From NCBI RefSeq assembly GCF_004010195.1, contig NC_057718.1, positions 105,338,493-105,402,492 on the forward strand: 64,000 nt of DNA, written 5' to 3'. The stretch comes from Chiloscyllium plagiosum (taxonomy: Eukaryota). The notes below the pieces were generated by a model, which was given only the letters and a program-made list of their open reading frames with translations, ran no database searches and was not told where the DNA came from. The position numbers and the translations under genes are program-made. Positions 27,279 through 39,709 of this stretch are shown here, in pieces. Position 1 is the first letter of the stretch. Each line of letters begins with the position of its first letter.

Positions 27279-28300
27279 AGGTTGTTATTCAGACTGGAGG
27301 CCTGTGACTAGCAATGTGCCACAAGGATCAGTGCTGGGTCCACTGTTGTTCGTCATTTATATAAATGATTTGCATGAAAATATAGGAGGCATGGTTAGTA
27401 ATTTTTCAGATTACACCAAAAATGTTGGTAAATTGGACGGTGAAGAAAGTTATGTAAGAATACAAAGGGATCTTGATCAGTTGGGCCAGTGGGCCAAGGA
27501 ATGGAAGACAGAGTTTAATTTAGATAAATGAGAGGTGTTGCATTTTGGCAAGACAAATCAAAGCGGGACTTGCACAGTTAATGGTAGGGCACTGGGAAGT
27601 GTTGTTGGATTGAGGAACCTTGAGGTACAAGTTCATAATTCCTTGAAAGTGGCGTCACAGGTAGCCAGGATGGTGAAGTAGACACTTAGATGCTTGGCTT
27701 CATCGGTCAGAGCAGGAGTTGGGACGTCGTGTTCCAGCTATATAAAACATCGGTAATGCCACAAATGGAGTACTGCATACAATTCTGTTCACCCTGCTAT
27801 AGGAAGAATGTTATTAATCTGGAAAGAGTGCAAGAAAGATATACAGGAACGTTAGCATAACTGCACACTTTGAGTTATAAGGAGAGGCTGGATAGGTTGG
27901 GACTTTTTCCCCAGAGTATAGCAGACTGAGGGGTAACCTTATAGAAGTTTATAAAATCATGAGGACCATGAATAAGGCGAATAGCAAGGTCTTTTTCCCA
28001 GGGGTAAGGAGTCCAAAACTGGAAGGCATTGGTTTAAGATGAGAGGGGAAGCTTTAAAAATGACTTGAAGGGCAACTTTTTCACACAGAGGGTGATGTGT
28101 ATATGGAATGAGCTGCCAGAGGAAGTGGTAGAGGTGAGTATAATTACAACATTTAAAAGACACTTGGACAGATACATGGATAGGAAAGGTTTAGAGGGGT
28201 TTGGGCCCAACGTAGGCAGATGGGACTAGTTCAGTTTAGGAAACCTGGTCAACATGGACGAGCTGGGCCAAAGGATCTGTTTCCACGCTGTATGACTCTA
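27279..28300 (+). mobile_element. CR1 LINE 3' portion
   Basis: ORF 27262..27531 (WRPVTSNVPQGSVLGPLLFVIYINDL) plus tail ending ctgtatgactcta. Confidence 0.92.
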
Positions 28301-28639
28301 GGTAACACCATTTTAATTAAAAGCTTTACTGTTGCATTTAAAAGAAAGTGTGAAGCTTTGATCAACTTATATAATTTTTTATGGGTTGTTGACACCATAT
28401 AGAATCTGCATTCACATTCAATATATAGAAATATCAAATATTTTTCAATTTGCTAATATATTCCCCAATTCTTTCACTCTCTCACTCTATGTGGAAATCT
28501 CCCATAAGTCACTGACTCTCAATAGAGTATGTTTCAATGTCCAAACCAAACAAACACATTTTACTTGTGAAAGCAAGTATTATAAACTTGGAGCCAAGGT
28601 GTCTGCTCTGAGCCTAGCAATATGGCTAACTTTGTTTTT

Positions 28640-29095
28640 CCAGATAGAAGAGGCATGAGTAAGTGGGGTCAAGCTCCCACAGAATCAGAAGTTTTAGCTT
28701 TCAGCAATTGCTAGGGTCTTGAAGCTGTTATTTTTCTCTCCATTACAGCTAAAAGCTGGAGTCCTCTCTGCTACGAGAATTGCATGTGAGACAGTCTGAA
28801 TTACTGCATTTGCCTTTGCCAAGGGTGTGTTTAATGAGATGTTACTATATTGGAATAGTTGCTGTTTACTAGTTAAATAATCTGTTATTCTGTTAGGTTT
28901 TCCAAGAGAGTTTTGTTATTCTTTCTTTTGTTTGTATTTTAAGTATAGTATAAGAATCAAGTGTGTTTTGCTTCAATCCCAGTAGTTTGACCAGTCGAAT
29001 TGCATCCAAAACACAATACCTTTAAAAATAAAAAAAGTTGGTGTCTCGGCTATCTTCTTAATGTACTTTGAGGCGATTTAGTCTGATCCATAACA
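28640..29095 (+). mobile_element. Possible LTR 3' fragment
   Basis: Ends ..gtctgatccataACA with an upstream AATAAA (about 29027) and T-rich U5-like tracts. No 5' terminus was identified. Confidence 0.35.
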
Positions 29096-29375
29096 CTTGG
29101 ATAGTAATTAGGAGTGGGAACAATGGTAGATTTTTTTTATTTTCACTGAGAGTACTGATACGAGCTGTGAAACAATCCTTTCACTTGGTGAGATCAGTTA
29201 GTTAGCACAACTAAAAAGCAAAGCTAGGATTTTCTAATCAATAAAGCTCACCAAGATTTGTTTAAGATATAATCCACTTGAGAAAGTTGCCACTTAGCTC
29301 AGCAGTTAGCACTGCTGGAAATGTGTTGCTGGAGAAGCGCAGCAGGTCAGGCAGCATCTAGGGAACAGGAAAATC

Positions 29376-29403
29376 GACGTTTCGGGCATTAGCCCTTCTT
29401 CAG
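29376..29403 (-). ncRNA. Minimal hammerhead ribozyme core
   Basis: Reverse complement reads CTGAAGA-a-GGGC-TAAT-GCCC-GAAAC-GTC. Confidence 0.72.
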
Positions 29404-29670
29404 GAATGAGGAAAGTTTGTCCAGCAGGCTAAGATAAAAGATAGGGAGGAGGGACTTGGGGGAGGGGCGTCGGAAATGTGATAGGTGGAAAAAGGTCAAA
29501 GTGAGGGTGATAGGACAGATTGGGGTGGGGGCGGAGAGGTCGGGAAGAAGATTGCAGGTTAGGGAGGCGGTGCTGAATTTGATGGATTTGACTGAGACAG
29601 GCTGGGGGGAGGGGAAATGAGGAAACTGGTGAAATCCGAGTTCATCCCTTGTGGTTGGAGAGTTCCTAGC

Positions 29671-29922
29671 NNNNNNNNNNNNNNNNNNNNNNNNNNNNNN
29701 NNNNNNNNNNNNNNNNNNNNNNNNNNNNNNNNNNNNNNNNNNNNNNNNNNNNNNNNNNNNNNNNNNNNNNNNNNNNNNNNNNNNNNNNNNNNNNNNNNNN
29801 NNNNNNNNNNNNNNNNNNNNNNNNNNNNNNNNNNNNNNNNNNNNNNNNNNNNNNNNNNNNNNNNNNNNNNNNNNNNNNNNNNNNNNNNNNNNNNNNNNNN
29901 NNNNNNNNNNNNNNNNNNNNNN
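29671..29922. other. Assembly gap (252 N)
   Basis: Run of N inside the Penelope element. Confidence 1.
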
Positions 29923-30549
29923 GGCGGAAATGACGGCGGATGATCCGCTGTACATGGAGGTTGGGGGGATGGTAGGTGGGGACCAGTGGGGTTCTGTCCT
30001 GGTGGCGGTTGGAGGGGCGGGGTTCAAGGGCAGAGGATCGGGGAGTGGAAGAGATGCGGTGGAGGGCATCGTCGACCACGTTGGGGGGGGAATTGCGTTC
30101 CTTGAAGAAGGAGGCCATCTGGGTTGTGCATTTTTGTTCTGGTCCTCCTGGGAGCAGATGCGGCGGAGACGTAGGAATTGGGAGAATGGGATGGCGTTTT
30201 TACAGGGGGCAGGGTGGGAGGAGGTGTAGTCCAGGTAGCTGTGGGAGTCGGTCGGTTTGTAGTAGATGTCCGTGTTGATTCGGTCGCCTGAGATGGAAAT
30301 AGAAAGGTCGAGGAAGGGGAGGGAGGAATCTGAGACTGTCCAGGTGAATTTGAGGTCGGGGTGGAAGGTGTTGGTGAAGTGGATGAACTGTTCCACCAAA
30401 AACGCCATCCCATTCTCCCAATTCCTTCCCAATTCTGTCCTATCACCCTCACCTTGACCTTTTTCCACCTATCACATTTCCGACGCCCCTCCTCCAAGTC
30501 CCTCCTCCCTATCTTTTATCTTAGCCTGCTGGACAAACTTTCCTCATTC

Positions 30550-30577
30550 CTGAAGAAGGGCTAATGCCCGAAACGTC
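30550..30577 (+). ncRNA. Minimal hammerhead ribozyme core
   Basis: CTGAAGA-a-GGGC-TAAT-GCCC-GAAAC-GTC. Confidence 0.72.
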
Positions 30578-30678
30578 GATTCTCCTGTTCCCTAGATGCT
30601 GCCTGACCTGCTGCGCTTCTCCAGCAACACATTTCCATCTCTGATCTCCGGCATCTGCAGACCTCATTTTCTCTTCAA

Positions 30679-31110
30679 AGTTAGCACTGCTGCCTCACAG
30701 CGTCAGGGATCTGAGTCAGTTCCATCCTTGGGTGACTGTCTGTGTGGATTTTGTACATTCTTCCCATGTCTGTGTGTGTTTCCTCCCACAGTCCAAAGAT
30801 GTGCAGGTTAGGTGGATTGGCCATGCTAAATTGAAAGGTCACCTGGACCTGAAATGTTTAACATTGATTTCTCTGCACAGATGCTGCTAGACCTGCTGAG
30901 CTTTTCCAGCAACTTCTGTTTTTGTTTCTAAATTGGCCATAGTGTCCAGGGATGTGCAGGCTAGGTGGATTAGCCATGGTAAATGCAGGGTTACAGGGAT
31001 AGGGTGGGGGGTTGGGTATGGGTGGTATGCTCTTTGCAAGGTTGGTGTGGACCCTATGGGCCAAATGACCTGCTTCCACACTGTAGGGATTCTGTCATTC
31101 TATGATTCTA
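30679..31110 (+). mobile_element. V-SINE body (head at 29290-29317), with a further Penelope-terminus insert at about 30834-30935
   Basis: ttagcactgctgcctcacagcg, V-core and ttccacactgtagggattct tail. The internal insert is flanked by CTAAATTG. Confidence 0.82.
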
Positions 31111-31698
31111 GTAGTGCAGAACATTTATTTGGTTATTGACCTAGAATTTCAGATGGATTTTATTTCAGCTTCCTTGGAACAGTGAAGACAGAAAAAGAAA
31201 ACTATGAAAAGCTTTAAAAATGAGAAAATACCATACTAAGGAACAGTTGCATCAGTCAAATTTGTATAACTTCTCAAAATGACATTTTGAAAAAAAATGT
31301 GGATGTGATGTTAATTGAAGCACTCTTAGTTGTTTGAACAAGTCTGTGTCCTGGAGTCTTTATGGCTCTGGTCTCTACATACCAGTTGTTTGAAGTTAGC
31401 CCTGTCGAAGAACTTACTTAAGAATATACTTAAGTGATTGCAAAGTTCACATGAGTAGTGAATGTTCAAATTTTGGCCTGTATTGAAGTTTCAAACAGTT
31501 AACATTAAAAAGCTGTCATTTCCTGTGAATGTACCTGTGTTTGCAAGCTGATTTTAAAAGTTATGTATTACTTTTATTACATGCAAATAAAATCATCTGG
31601 GATGTTTGATCTTTATAATATCAAAATAATATTTAATTCCAAAAAACTTTGACAGGTCTTTAAATGTTATTTATTTTCTTTCTCAAACTGTACAACAG

Positions 31699-31743
31699 AT
31701 ACAGATATTGGCATCTATCAATATTATGATAAGAGAGACGCAG
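31699..31743 (+). CDS. WDPCP: WDPCP coding exon (DTDIGIYQYYDKRDA)
   Basis: 45 nt, acAG / G|gtaggt, phase 1-1. Matches DRDIGIYQYYDKKD of WDPCP. Confidence 0.95.
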
Positions 31744-32311
31744 GTAGGTTTATACTGTCATTTATATATCAGTAACTGTGATACAAATGTAAATTATCTA
31801 AAAATAGTGAAATACTAAATTCCATATGTATGCACCAAAGTTCCAGCAGAGGGCATCAAAATCCAACTGATATGAATACAGAGAAATAGAGTCTTTATGC
31901 CATTTACTGAGTGACTCAAAATTTGTTAACCCTGGAAGACTATTTGCTACATTTAATGTCCTTCCATTTAAGACTATTAAAATAGAAGTCTGTGTTAAGA
32001 TCCTTTTGGGAATAAAATTCAACTTTGGTGCAAATGCAAAATGTGCAGTCGTGAATTAGTTGGTGTTTAACAAGCAATCACCTCATTACTAGCCAAATAA
32101 TACATTCTCAATGTCAAATTTCACTTCCTTCTCGTTGATTATGATACTGATCCTACATTGCTGGTGACAGGCAGTCTCTGTTTCTATACGGCGTTTGAGA
32201 TTCATAGTAATATAACATTATAACATCAGTCCCTATTTTAGCTGCAAAGGTTTAGTGTTAACTTGCACTATCGTATGTTATTTTCATTTTTCTCGTTTTG
32301 AATCCCTTAAG

Positions 32312-32362
32312 TGTCACCAACAGACTGCTGTTACCTGGAAGCGAAGCAGCATATGACAGAGG
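32312..32362 (+). CDS. WDPCP: WDPCP coding exon (VSPTDCCYLEAKQHMTE)
   Basis: Polypyrimidine tract plus taAG acceptor, strong G|gtaagt donor, phase 1-1. Aligns with ATEHGNLEKKQKLAE. An alternative in-frame acceptor would start the exon at 32324. Confidence 0.85.
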
Positions 32363-32620
32363 GTAAGTAATGTAATAGTATGACAGAATGTTATTTAAGA
32401 TCTTAATAATTGAAGTAAATATGTTTTCACCATTTCTGATAATTATGAATCCGGTTCCTCTGCATAGTTATCATGGCTTGTCTCCAATAGGCTCAGCAGC
32501 TTCTTAGAATAAAGCAAAGTGCTGACAAAAATGCACTGAATGCTAGCTGTATAGTCTTCCTGTTCTCCTCGGTAACAGAATATTACTGTAAATCATGTAT
32601 GTCAGTGATCATACTAAGTA

Positions 32621-32830
32621 GGAGAAAGTGAGGTCTGCAGATGCTGGAGATCAGAGATGGAAATGTGTTGCTGGAAAAGCGTAGCAGGTCAGGCAGCATC
32701 TAGGGAACAGGAGAATCGACGTTTCGGGCATTAGCCCTTCTTCAGGATATTATTTTGAAGAAGGGCTAATGCCCGAAACGTCGATTCTCCTGTTCCTTAG
32801 ATGCTGCCTGACCTGCTGCGCTTTTCCAGC
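32621..32830. mobile_element. Palindromic Penelope-derived mini-element with two opposed hammerhead cores
   Basis: Inverted arms, with cores at 32718-32745 (-) and 32756-32782 (+, first C lost). Perfect 14-bp TSD GATCATACTAAGTA (32607-20, 32831-44). Confidence 0.9.
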
Positions 32831-34242
32831 GATCATACTAAGTACACAAGCCATGTCTTTATTAAGCCCATTTTTTCTGAATATCTTCCTGAGTAAAGTA
32901 AAACCAAAGAATCGATGGGTACATGATTTGTCAATCTTAATAACTTCTTTCAAAAAAGAGAAGCAAACATTTTTATAATAAAATGACTAACAATAATAAA
33001 TAAAATTGAATTCTATTTAATAGTTTTAAGTAGTCCATGACTACTTTCACTCATTCCAATTAACAAAATTTAATATATAAGTATATCAAAATTATATTCC
33101 TTAATTCATGATGAATGTCACTAACAATTCCAATAAAGAATTCAGCAAAAACTGTTACGAAAAGGTGTTGGGAATTTGTGTCTGGACTCAACTGTTGCCT
33201 GAAACTCATTGTTAAGAAACAAATTAGGTCTCAATCTATTTCAGCTTGGTTTTGCCACAAGCCTCTTCATCATAGGCAGCATGTACTGACTGGCAGGATA
33301 CTGTAATATAGGTGTGAGGCAGCTTTGAGGCGCACGCTCTCAAGACCATGATTCACTAAATTTGTAGTCTTACCTTAATTTTGGATACAAATAGATAGTT
33401 CTTAAGTTTCCAATTCCAAATAAAAGTGTATTGTTTGCCCCCTGAAGTCTGTCTTGCGCATTACATCTAAAACTAATTTTCCAGCTGCATAGCACTTTAT
33501 TAATTTCTAGATTGCTTTGGCATCGATTCATAGGATTGTAGAGAACAGAAGGAGGCCATTCAGCTCATTGCTCCTCTGTCAGCTTTTAGTCTCACTGTCC
33601 AGCTTTTTCCATTGCTCGTAATATTTGTCTCTTCAAGTCTCTCCAATTCACTTTAGAAAATGGCTATTGCATCTGTTTATAAGCTTTTAGCTAGTGGATT
33701 CCAGATCACAATTCATTGTGTTTTCAAACAAATCCTAATTTTGCTGGGGTTTGTTCTGCCATTTAATTTAAATCTGTCCCGTGGTTACTCCCATTGGTGT
33801 ACTTGTTGAAGATGAGGAGAATTTGTTTCCTGTCAGAAGATTGTGCATGTGTGGATCTCTGTTCCCCAGAGAGTGGTGATGACAGGTCATTGAATATTTT
33901 TAAGGCAGAGAGATCTCTGATTGACAAGGAGGTGAAAGGGTATGGGGGTAAGAAGGAAGTATTCTTGAAGCCACAATCTAAACAGCCATGATCTTAACAA
34001 ATGGCAGAGCAGCCTCAAGAGCTGAACGGCCTGCTCCTGCTTCTGATTTGTATGTACCGATTTTGTTTTTATTCACTAATTTCATTTGATAACTTGACTT
34101 TTTATTGTGACTTTAGGTACTGGTTGTCATTGTCAAGTTCAAATTGATCACTATTGCTGCCATAATAAAATGAATTAAGTAAATTGCGTTATAGAATACT
34201 CACTTTATTAACAAAAAACTATGTTCACTTTTTCTTTGTCAG

Positions 34243-34313
34243 CTCGTGAATACTTGTGGACACCCAAGAATAGACGCCCAGATAAACTTCGAGACACCCT
34301 CAAGGAGTTTGAG
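34243..34313 (+). CDS. WDPCP: WDPCP coding exon (AREYLWTPKNRRPDKLRDTLKEFE)
   Basis: 71 nt, tttctttgtcAG / GAG|gtacct, phase 1-0. Matches SRDYPWTLKNRRPEKLRDSLKELE. Confidence 0.96.
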
Positions 34314-34567
34314 GTACCTTCCTAGTTACAAAATTGACAGTAAACAATTATACCCCTTCATTCATCTTTCAGCAACTTTAATTTTTGTAAAGGATCAGCC
34401 TACATGGAGATCATAACCAGCCTCTAGTGCAGTGGCATGTTCTGAAACAGTTGCATCTTTGTTTTTGAAGTAGGCTAATCTCTTGTGATTGGAAATCAGA
34501 AACACTTTACCCATTGGTGACAATGCATGCATCTGACATAGCCATCTGTGTGTTTCTTGTCCTTCAG

Positions 34568-34627
34568 GAGCTACTGCAGTGTAGCCGTTGTGTGCTGAGC
34601 AAATGGAAGGACAAGAACTTCGGTCAG
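34568..34627 (+). CDS. WDPCP: WDPCP coding exon (ELLQCSRCVLSKWKDKNFGQ)
   Basis: 60 nt, ccttcAG / CAG|gtatac, phase 0-0. Matches ELMQNSRCVLSKWKNKYVCQ. Confidence 0.96.
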
Positions 34628-34959
34628 GTATACACTTCAATGATAATCTTGGCTTGGTAGTTTAACTGAACCTTTCAGGGCTTGTCTTTTACAGCTACAA
34701 ATAATGTATTGTATATCATGACATGAAATATAGATGACAATGTCTCTTCTGCTTCATCTCACTTAAACTATCCAGATAATTTATATACATGATATAGAGG
34801 TTAATGGTATGCAAATATATTTTTTAATGTTGCAATAAATTATATTGAACTTTAATTCGAAAACCATTTCCTGACTCTACAAGAACTGATACAGCTGTTT
34901 GCTTCAGAAGGTTAAATTGTTTTCAATTTGTTGGTTAGGAAGAACCACCATGGAATTCT

Positions 34960-35800
34960 AGAGGGAAACACAGGTGTAAACTAACTTGCTAGAGTCTTTT
35001 GAAAAGATAATAAAAGGTTGATGAGAGAAATGCTGTTGATGTGGTCCACATGGACTTTGAGAAGGCGGTTGACACTGTGCCACACAAACCTACTTGCGAG
35101 AAATGTTATAGTTCATCAAATAGACTGGTAAATAGCACTATGGTTACAAAATTGTCTTGAGTGATAGGAAACAGAGAGTAATGTTCAAAGGATATCTTTC
35201 AGGCTGAAGGAAAGTTACTGGTGGAGTTCCCCAGGAATCTATGTTGGCAAAAAGCCAAAGAACTGTGGGTGCTGGAAATTAGAAACAAAATCAGAAATGC
35301 TGGAAAAACTCAACAGGTCTGGCAGCATCTGTGCAGAGAAAGTAGACAAGGAGGAAACTGGCAGAACACAGCAAGCCAGGCAACATCAGGAGGTGGAGAA
35401 GTCAAGGTTTCAGGTCTAATCCTTCTTCAGGATGGTGAAGAGAAAACAGAGTTAACGTTTTGGGTCAAGTGATCCTTCTTTAGAATTGTTCCCAAGAAAA
35501 TGGCACATTTTTACCCAGAAACAAGGAAGGCACAGCGATATATTTCCAAGTCAGGATAGTGAATGGCTTGGAGATGGTTGAGTTCCAATGTGTCTGCTGC
35601 CCTTCTCCTTCTAGGTGGTAGAGTTTGTAGGTTTGGGAATAGCTATTGAAGGAGTCTGGGTAAGTTGATGCTGTATATATCTTGCAGGTGGTCCACACTG
35701 CTGTCATTGTATGTCAGTAGATGAGCAACTGAATATTGATGGTGGTGTGTGAGTGCTAATCAAGTGGCTGCTTTGTCCTGGATATAATGGGGAGGGATGA
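34960..35800. mobile_element. CR1 fragment with nested Penelope termini (35250-35485) and a minus-strand LINE 3' fragment (35500-35800)
   Basis: gatgtggtccacatggactttgagaaggcg (DVVHMDFEKA), degenerate hammerhead termini, and reverse-strand QDKAA.LI motif. Confidence 0.6.
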
Positions 35801-36829
35801 TAGTATCACATAAAGTCGTGCATAACTGAGAAAAATAAAACAAGTTTGAGAGGAAAGAAGACAAAGGAAATAAATTATGTACCTGAGCAAATACTTAAAA
35901 TTTAATGAGAATGGAGAATTTGTAAAATGCTGTTTAATTGAAAATGAAAGATTTTGGGGAAAGGACGAACAGAAATCTTGCTTATTAAAATTTAAACAGT
36001 TATATTTAAATAGCACTGCAAGTGTTAGAATAATTTCAGTGAGATTGTGTTCTTCAGTGCTGCAAGGTCCCAATGAATTGAGGCAAGCAGGAATTTATCA
36101 GCATGAGAAGTGACCAGCTCTACTTCCTTTGACATAAGGAGCTAAATATAGGGTGGGTGTGGATAAGGCCATTGTGAAGGCTGAGACAACATATGCAGTC
36201 TTGGAGTTGTACATCAGAAGGTATACTGACATAAGGTAATAGTTCTTTGTTCAACAATTTGTTTTGATCTGGAATGCATTCCCTGAAAGGATGGTGGGGA
36301 CAAATTCAATAATGACTTTAAAATATATTTCGGGATAAAACTTTATGGAGGTATGCGGAATGAGCAGGAGATTGGGCTGATATGATTCCTCTATCAAAGA
36401 TCTGGCTGAGGTGTGAAGGATGGTATGCCTCTATCTGTGGTGTTCCTTTCTGTAATTCTTTGACCAATAAATTTTAATCACTTTTAGTCTATTTCAATAT
36501 TTAAAATTTAAGAATGAAGCCCAGATTTGGAACATAAAATAAAGAACTGCACGTACTGAAAAAAATGAAGCAATATAGAAATTGACCCTTTCGCTCTACA
36601 GATCCTGCCAGACCTGCTGAGTTTCTCCAATAATTTCTGTTTTGCCCTAGATATGGATTCCTCCGCCACATTTTCAGTTTGAATCTGAACTTGGGCAATA
36701 ATTAAGTTAAATGGAGCAATTTGACTGTAGCAAGTTGGAAAAATATATTAAAAGTTTGATAATTGGTAGACAATGGGGAATCTCTAAAAGAGTTAGTACG
36801 TATTTTTCAAAAAAATACTTTCTTTAAGG

Positions 36830-37755
36830 CAAAAATACCCAACAGGAAAAGTGAGAGATCTATGAATAAGAAGACAATTTAGAGGAGTAGGTCAAAAGAG
36901 GAGGCTTATAAATGTGCCAAAAAAAGTTGTAAGCCTGAGAATTGGAGGAATTTTAGAATTCAACAAAGGAGGACCGAGAAATTGGTAAAGATGGAGAAAA
37001 TGGAATATAGAATAATGGGTAAGAGCATGGCAGGTAGAATATAATGTGAATAAGTATGAGGTTTTTCATTTTGGGAGGGGAACAAAGATGCAGAGTATTT
37101 CTTCAAGGTGAGAGATTGTAAAGCATTGATCTTCAAATGCAAGTCGGTGTCCTTACTGAAAGCTAATGTGCAGGTACAGCAAGGAATTCAGAACGCAAAC
37201 AATATGTTAAGTTTATTTCAAGAGAATTTGAGTACAGGAGCAAAAGTCCCGTTTCAATTGTACAGGGCACTGGTGTGATCATACCTGGAGTACTGAGAGC
37301 AGTTCTGGTCACCTTCTCAAAGGAAGGGAACACTTAGTGAAGTACAGTGGAGGTTTACCAGGCTGATTCCTGGGATAATAGGATTGTCATATGAGGAGTG
37401 GTTTAAAAGACTGGGCTTAAATTCTGTTGAGTTTAGAGAAATAAAACGTGATTTCATAGCAAATTACAAAAGTCTTAAGTGGGTAAACATGGGGGATACG
37501 GAAAAAAATGTTTCCCTAAGCATTTAGGAATGAGATGAGCAGGAATTTCTTCACTCAGAGTAGTGAATCTTTGGAATTCTCCTAGAAGGCTGTGGCAGCT
37601 CAGTCATTGAGCAGGTTTAAGACAGAGATTGATAGATATATAGTTACTAATGATGTCAAGTGGTTTGGGGATATTGTGGGGCTGTGGCAATGAGATTGAT
37701 GATTTAGAATGGTGGATCAACCTTGAGGGGCTGAATGGACTACTTCTGTGTTCCT
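36830..37755 (+). mobile_element. CR1 LINE, decayed
   Basis: tacagggcactggtgtgatcatacctggagtactg, aggaatttcttcactcagag and a tail ending ggctgaatggactacttctg. Confidence 0.8.
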
Positions 37756-37896
37756 AAAATCATAGCATAAAAAGAACTGTTATGGAAATGCTAATCTAAC
37801 TTTGAAAATCTTTAATGGAACTTTGGTGATAAAGAATGCATTTTTCACCATCGGCTTTCAACTAATATACTTAGCATCATGTCCTGTCTCTTTCAG

Positions 37897-38011
37897 TTTT
37901 TCTTCAGTTCAGGTGTGCTGGTGTCATTAAGCCTATCTGGGCCACATCTGGAGAAAGCCATGATCGACAGGACCTTAGTGGGGAAATTCATCTCTGACAC
38001 CATCTATGATG
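37897..38011 (+). CDS. WDPCP: WDPCP coding exon (FFFSSGVLVSLSLSGPHLEKAMIDRTLVGKFISDTIYD)
   Basis: 115 nt, ctctttcAG / G|gtaatt, phase 0-1. Matches LLFGSGVLVSLSLSGPQLEKVVIDRSLVGKLISDTISD. Confidence 0.96.
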
Positions 38012-39575
38012 GTAATTGTATCCACATGAAAATCAAATGTCTAAAATAACAGTGACAGTTGAAAAATGATGTGACAACAGATTTACTAATTAGTCTCACT
38101 TGGGACTTGTAAAAGCAACAAGTAACTACATGCATTGTCATAGTTACAACCTTTCAGTTGTAAATTATGAATATACTTTTGTATAGAGAGCTTCCAGATC
38201 TTATTTTCAACATGTATTAAATAAATTTCAAAAAGTTCCATCTTTCTTCAACAATACTCCTTGCAGCCACATTAATAAAAGCAGATTCTGGAACATTAAG
38301 GTCTTTAAATCCAGTTTTTGTGTACTGTAAACACAGTTTTACTACTTTTGCACTTAGTTCCTTGTATTACATACGATATGCAAAAAAAGCTACTTAAATT
38401 GAGATTAACAGGAATTGCTTTTGGAGAAACCTTTTTAAGATGTCTAAGGCTATTTTGATTTTTGTTTGATGAACTATTTAAATATGTTTGTATAATTGCA
38501 CTTTCAAAGTATTGGTTCATTGAAACAAAGTGTGCCTTTATTTTGGAAGAATTTGCAAGAAAAAAAAGAATGTTAGTGCTGAAGAACTGTTTTACATTAT
38601 CTTCAACTTATTTTGTTTAGATATAAAAGACTAATATTAGAACAGATTTTTTTCCCAATTAATTTAAATCTGTGTCTTGTGATGCTCCAGTTGTTAAGTT
38701 CCTTTTTATTTGCCTTTCAAAACCCCTCACAAATTTGAATGGTTCTATTGAATTTTTCCTTAAATTACTCTCTTTAAGCAGAGCAATCCCAACTTTTCTA
38801 GCATCTTCATGTTATTGAAGGCCCTCATTACTTGCATTTGCATTTTTGTGTCTTGTATGTTTCAAAATGTTTGCTTTTTAACCTCTGATTTTGGCAAAGG
38901 ATTTTATATGGTGTATCACTATGGCACCTGGCTCAAGTACAAGAATCTTGTGTCATTTTTTAATCAACAATTGATGAAATGTAATGAACTGTGTTCTCCC
39001 TGTGAAAGAATATAATAGCAACTGAGAAGAAGTTTGCATTTCCCCTTTTGAGCAAATGTGTTCTGTGTCACTATACAAATCTCAATGGCGCAGATCTAGT
39101 TGTGGATAATATTTTTCTAGTTGTTGGTGTGGAGTAAAGTTTCAGCAGGGTGCTTCTCTAATAAATGGAGCTTGATTAATAATCATGATGTTGTTCAGTA
39201 CACTAAACTGTAGTAGTGTGAATATGATGATAGATATCAAGTAATTATTTGCTGGGAAGTGGAGAAGATTAGTTTTTCCTGGCATTGCATTCATCACAAG
39301 TGGAACTAAAATAAGTTGCCTCTTCACTGGTCTCCATTTTTGACAACTGCCAACGACTAATTCTTGCCTTCAGTATTTCTTTTAAACACTACCAGCAAAT
39401 GTAAATATCAGCAAGGATAATGGCTATGTTGCAAGGAAACTGACAGTCAGTTTCTAAGGTCAATAAAACTTTTAACAAATATCGGGAATCAGATTTTGGA
39501 GGAGTCAGACTGTCAAAAAGCCCAAGTGTAGAAAACTAATGGATCTCATTGTTTAACTCTCCTTTGCTTGTTTAG

Positions 39576-39709
39576 CTGTACTTGCAGACAATTTTATGAT
39601 CGTAACTTTTCTGGAGTCCAGCAAACTTTGCTTTGTTCAATTTACAAAGAAACAGAATTCTCCAGATGTTGAGAGAAGAATTGAAAAGCTATCCTCTTCC
39701 GATCTTAAG
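39576..39709 (+). CDS. WDPCP: WDPCP coding exon (AVLADNFMIVTFLESSKLCFVQFTKK...EKLSSSDLK)
   Basis: 134 nt, ttgtttAG / AAG|gtgtgt, phase 1-0. Matches KLCFIQFTKK...EKLSALDYK. Overlaps ORF 39596..39784. Confidence 0.96.

Larger units (their letters stand above)
29318..30678 (-). mobile_element. Penelope-like element with inverted termini, inserted in a V-SINE
   Basis: ORF 29389..30468: FHPDLKFTW..SLPFLDLSI..TDIYYKPTDSHSYLDYTSSHP..CKNAIPFSQFLRLRRICS. About 200-bp inverted repeats (29317-29520 / 30434-30637) and TSD AGTTAGCACTGCTG (29304-17, 30679-92). Confidence 0.92.

Noticed and set aside
29617..30229. Long ORFs containing X runs
   Set aside because: Their length comes from the 252-N gap. The real content is a frameshifted Penelope ORF.
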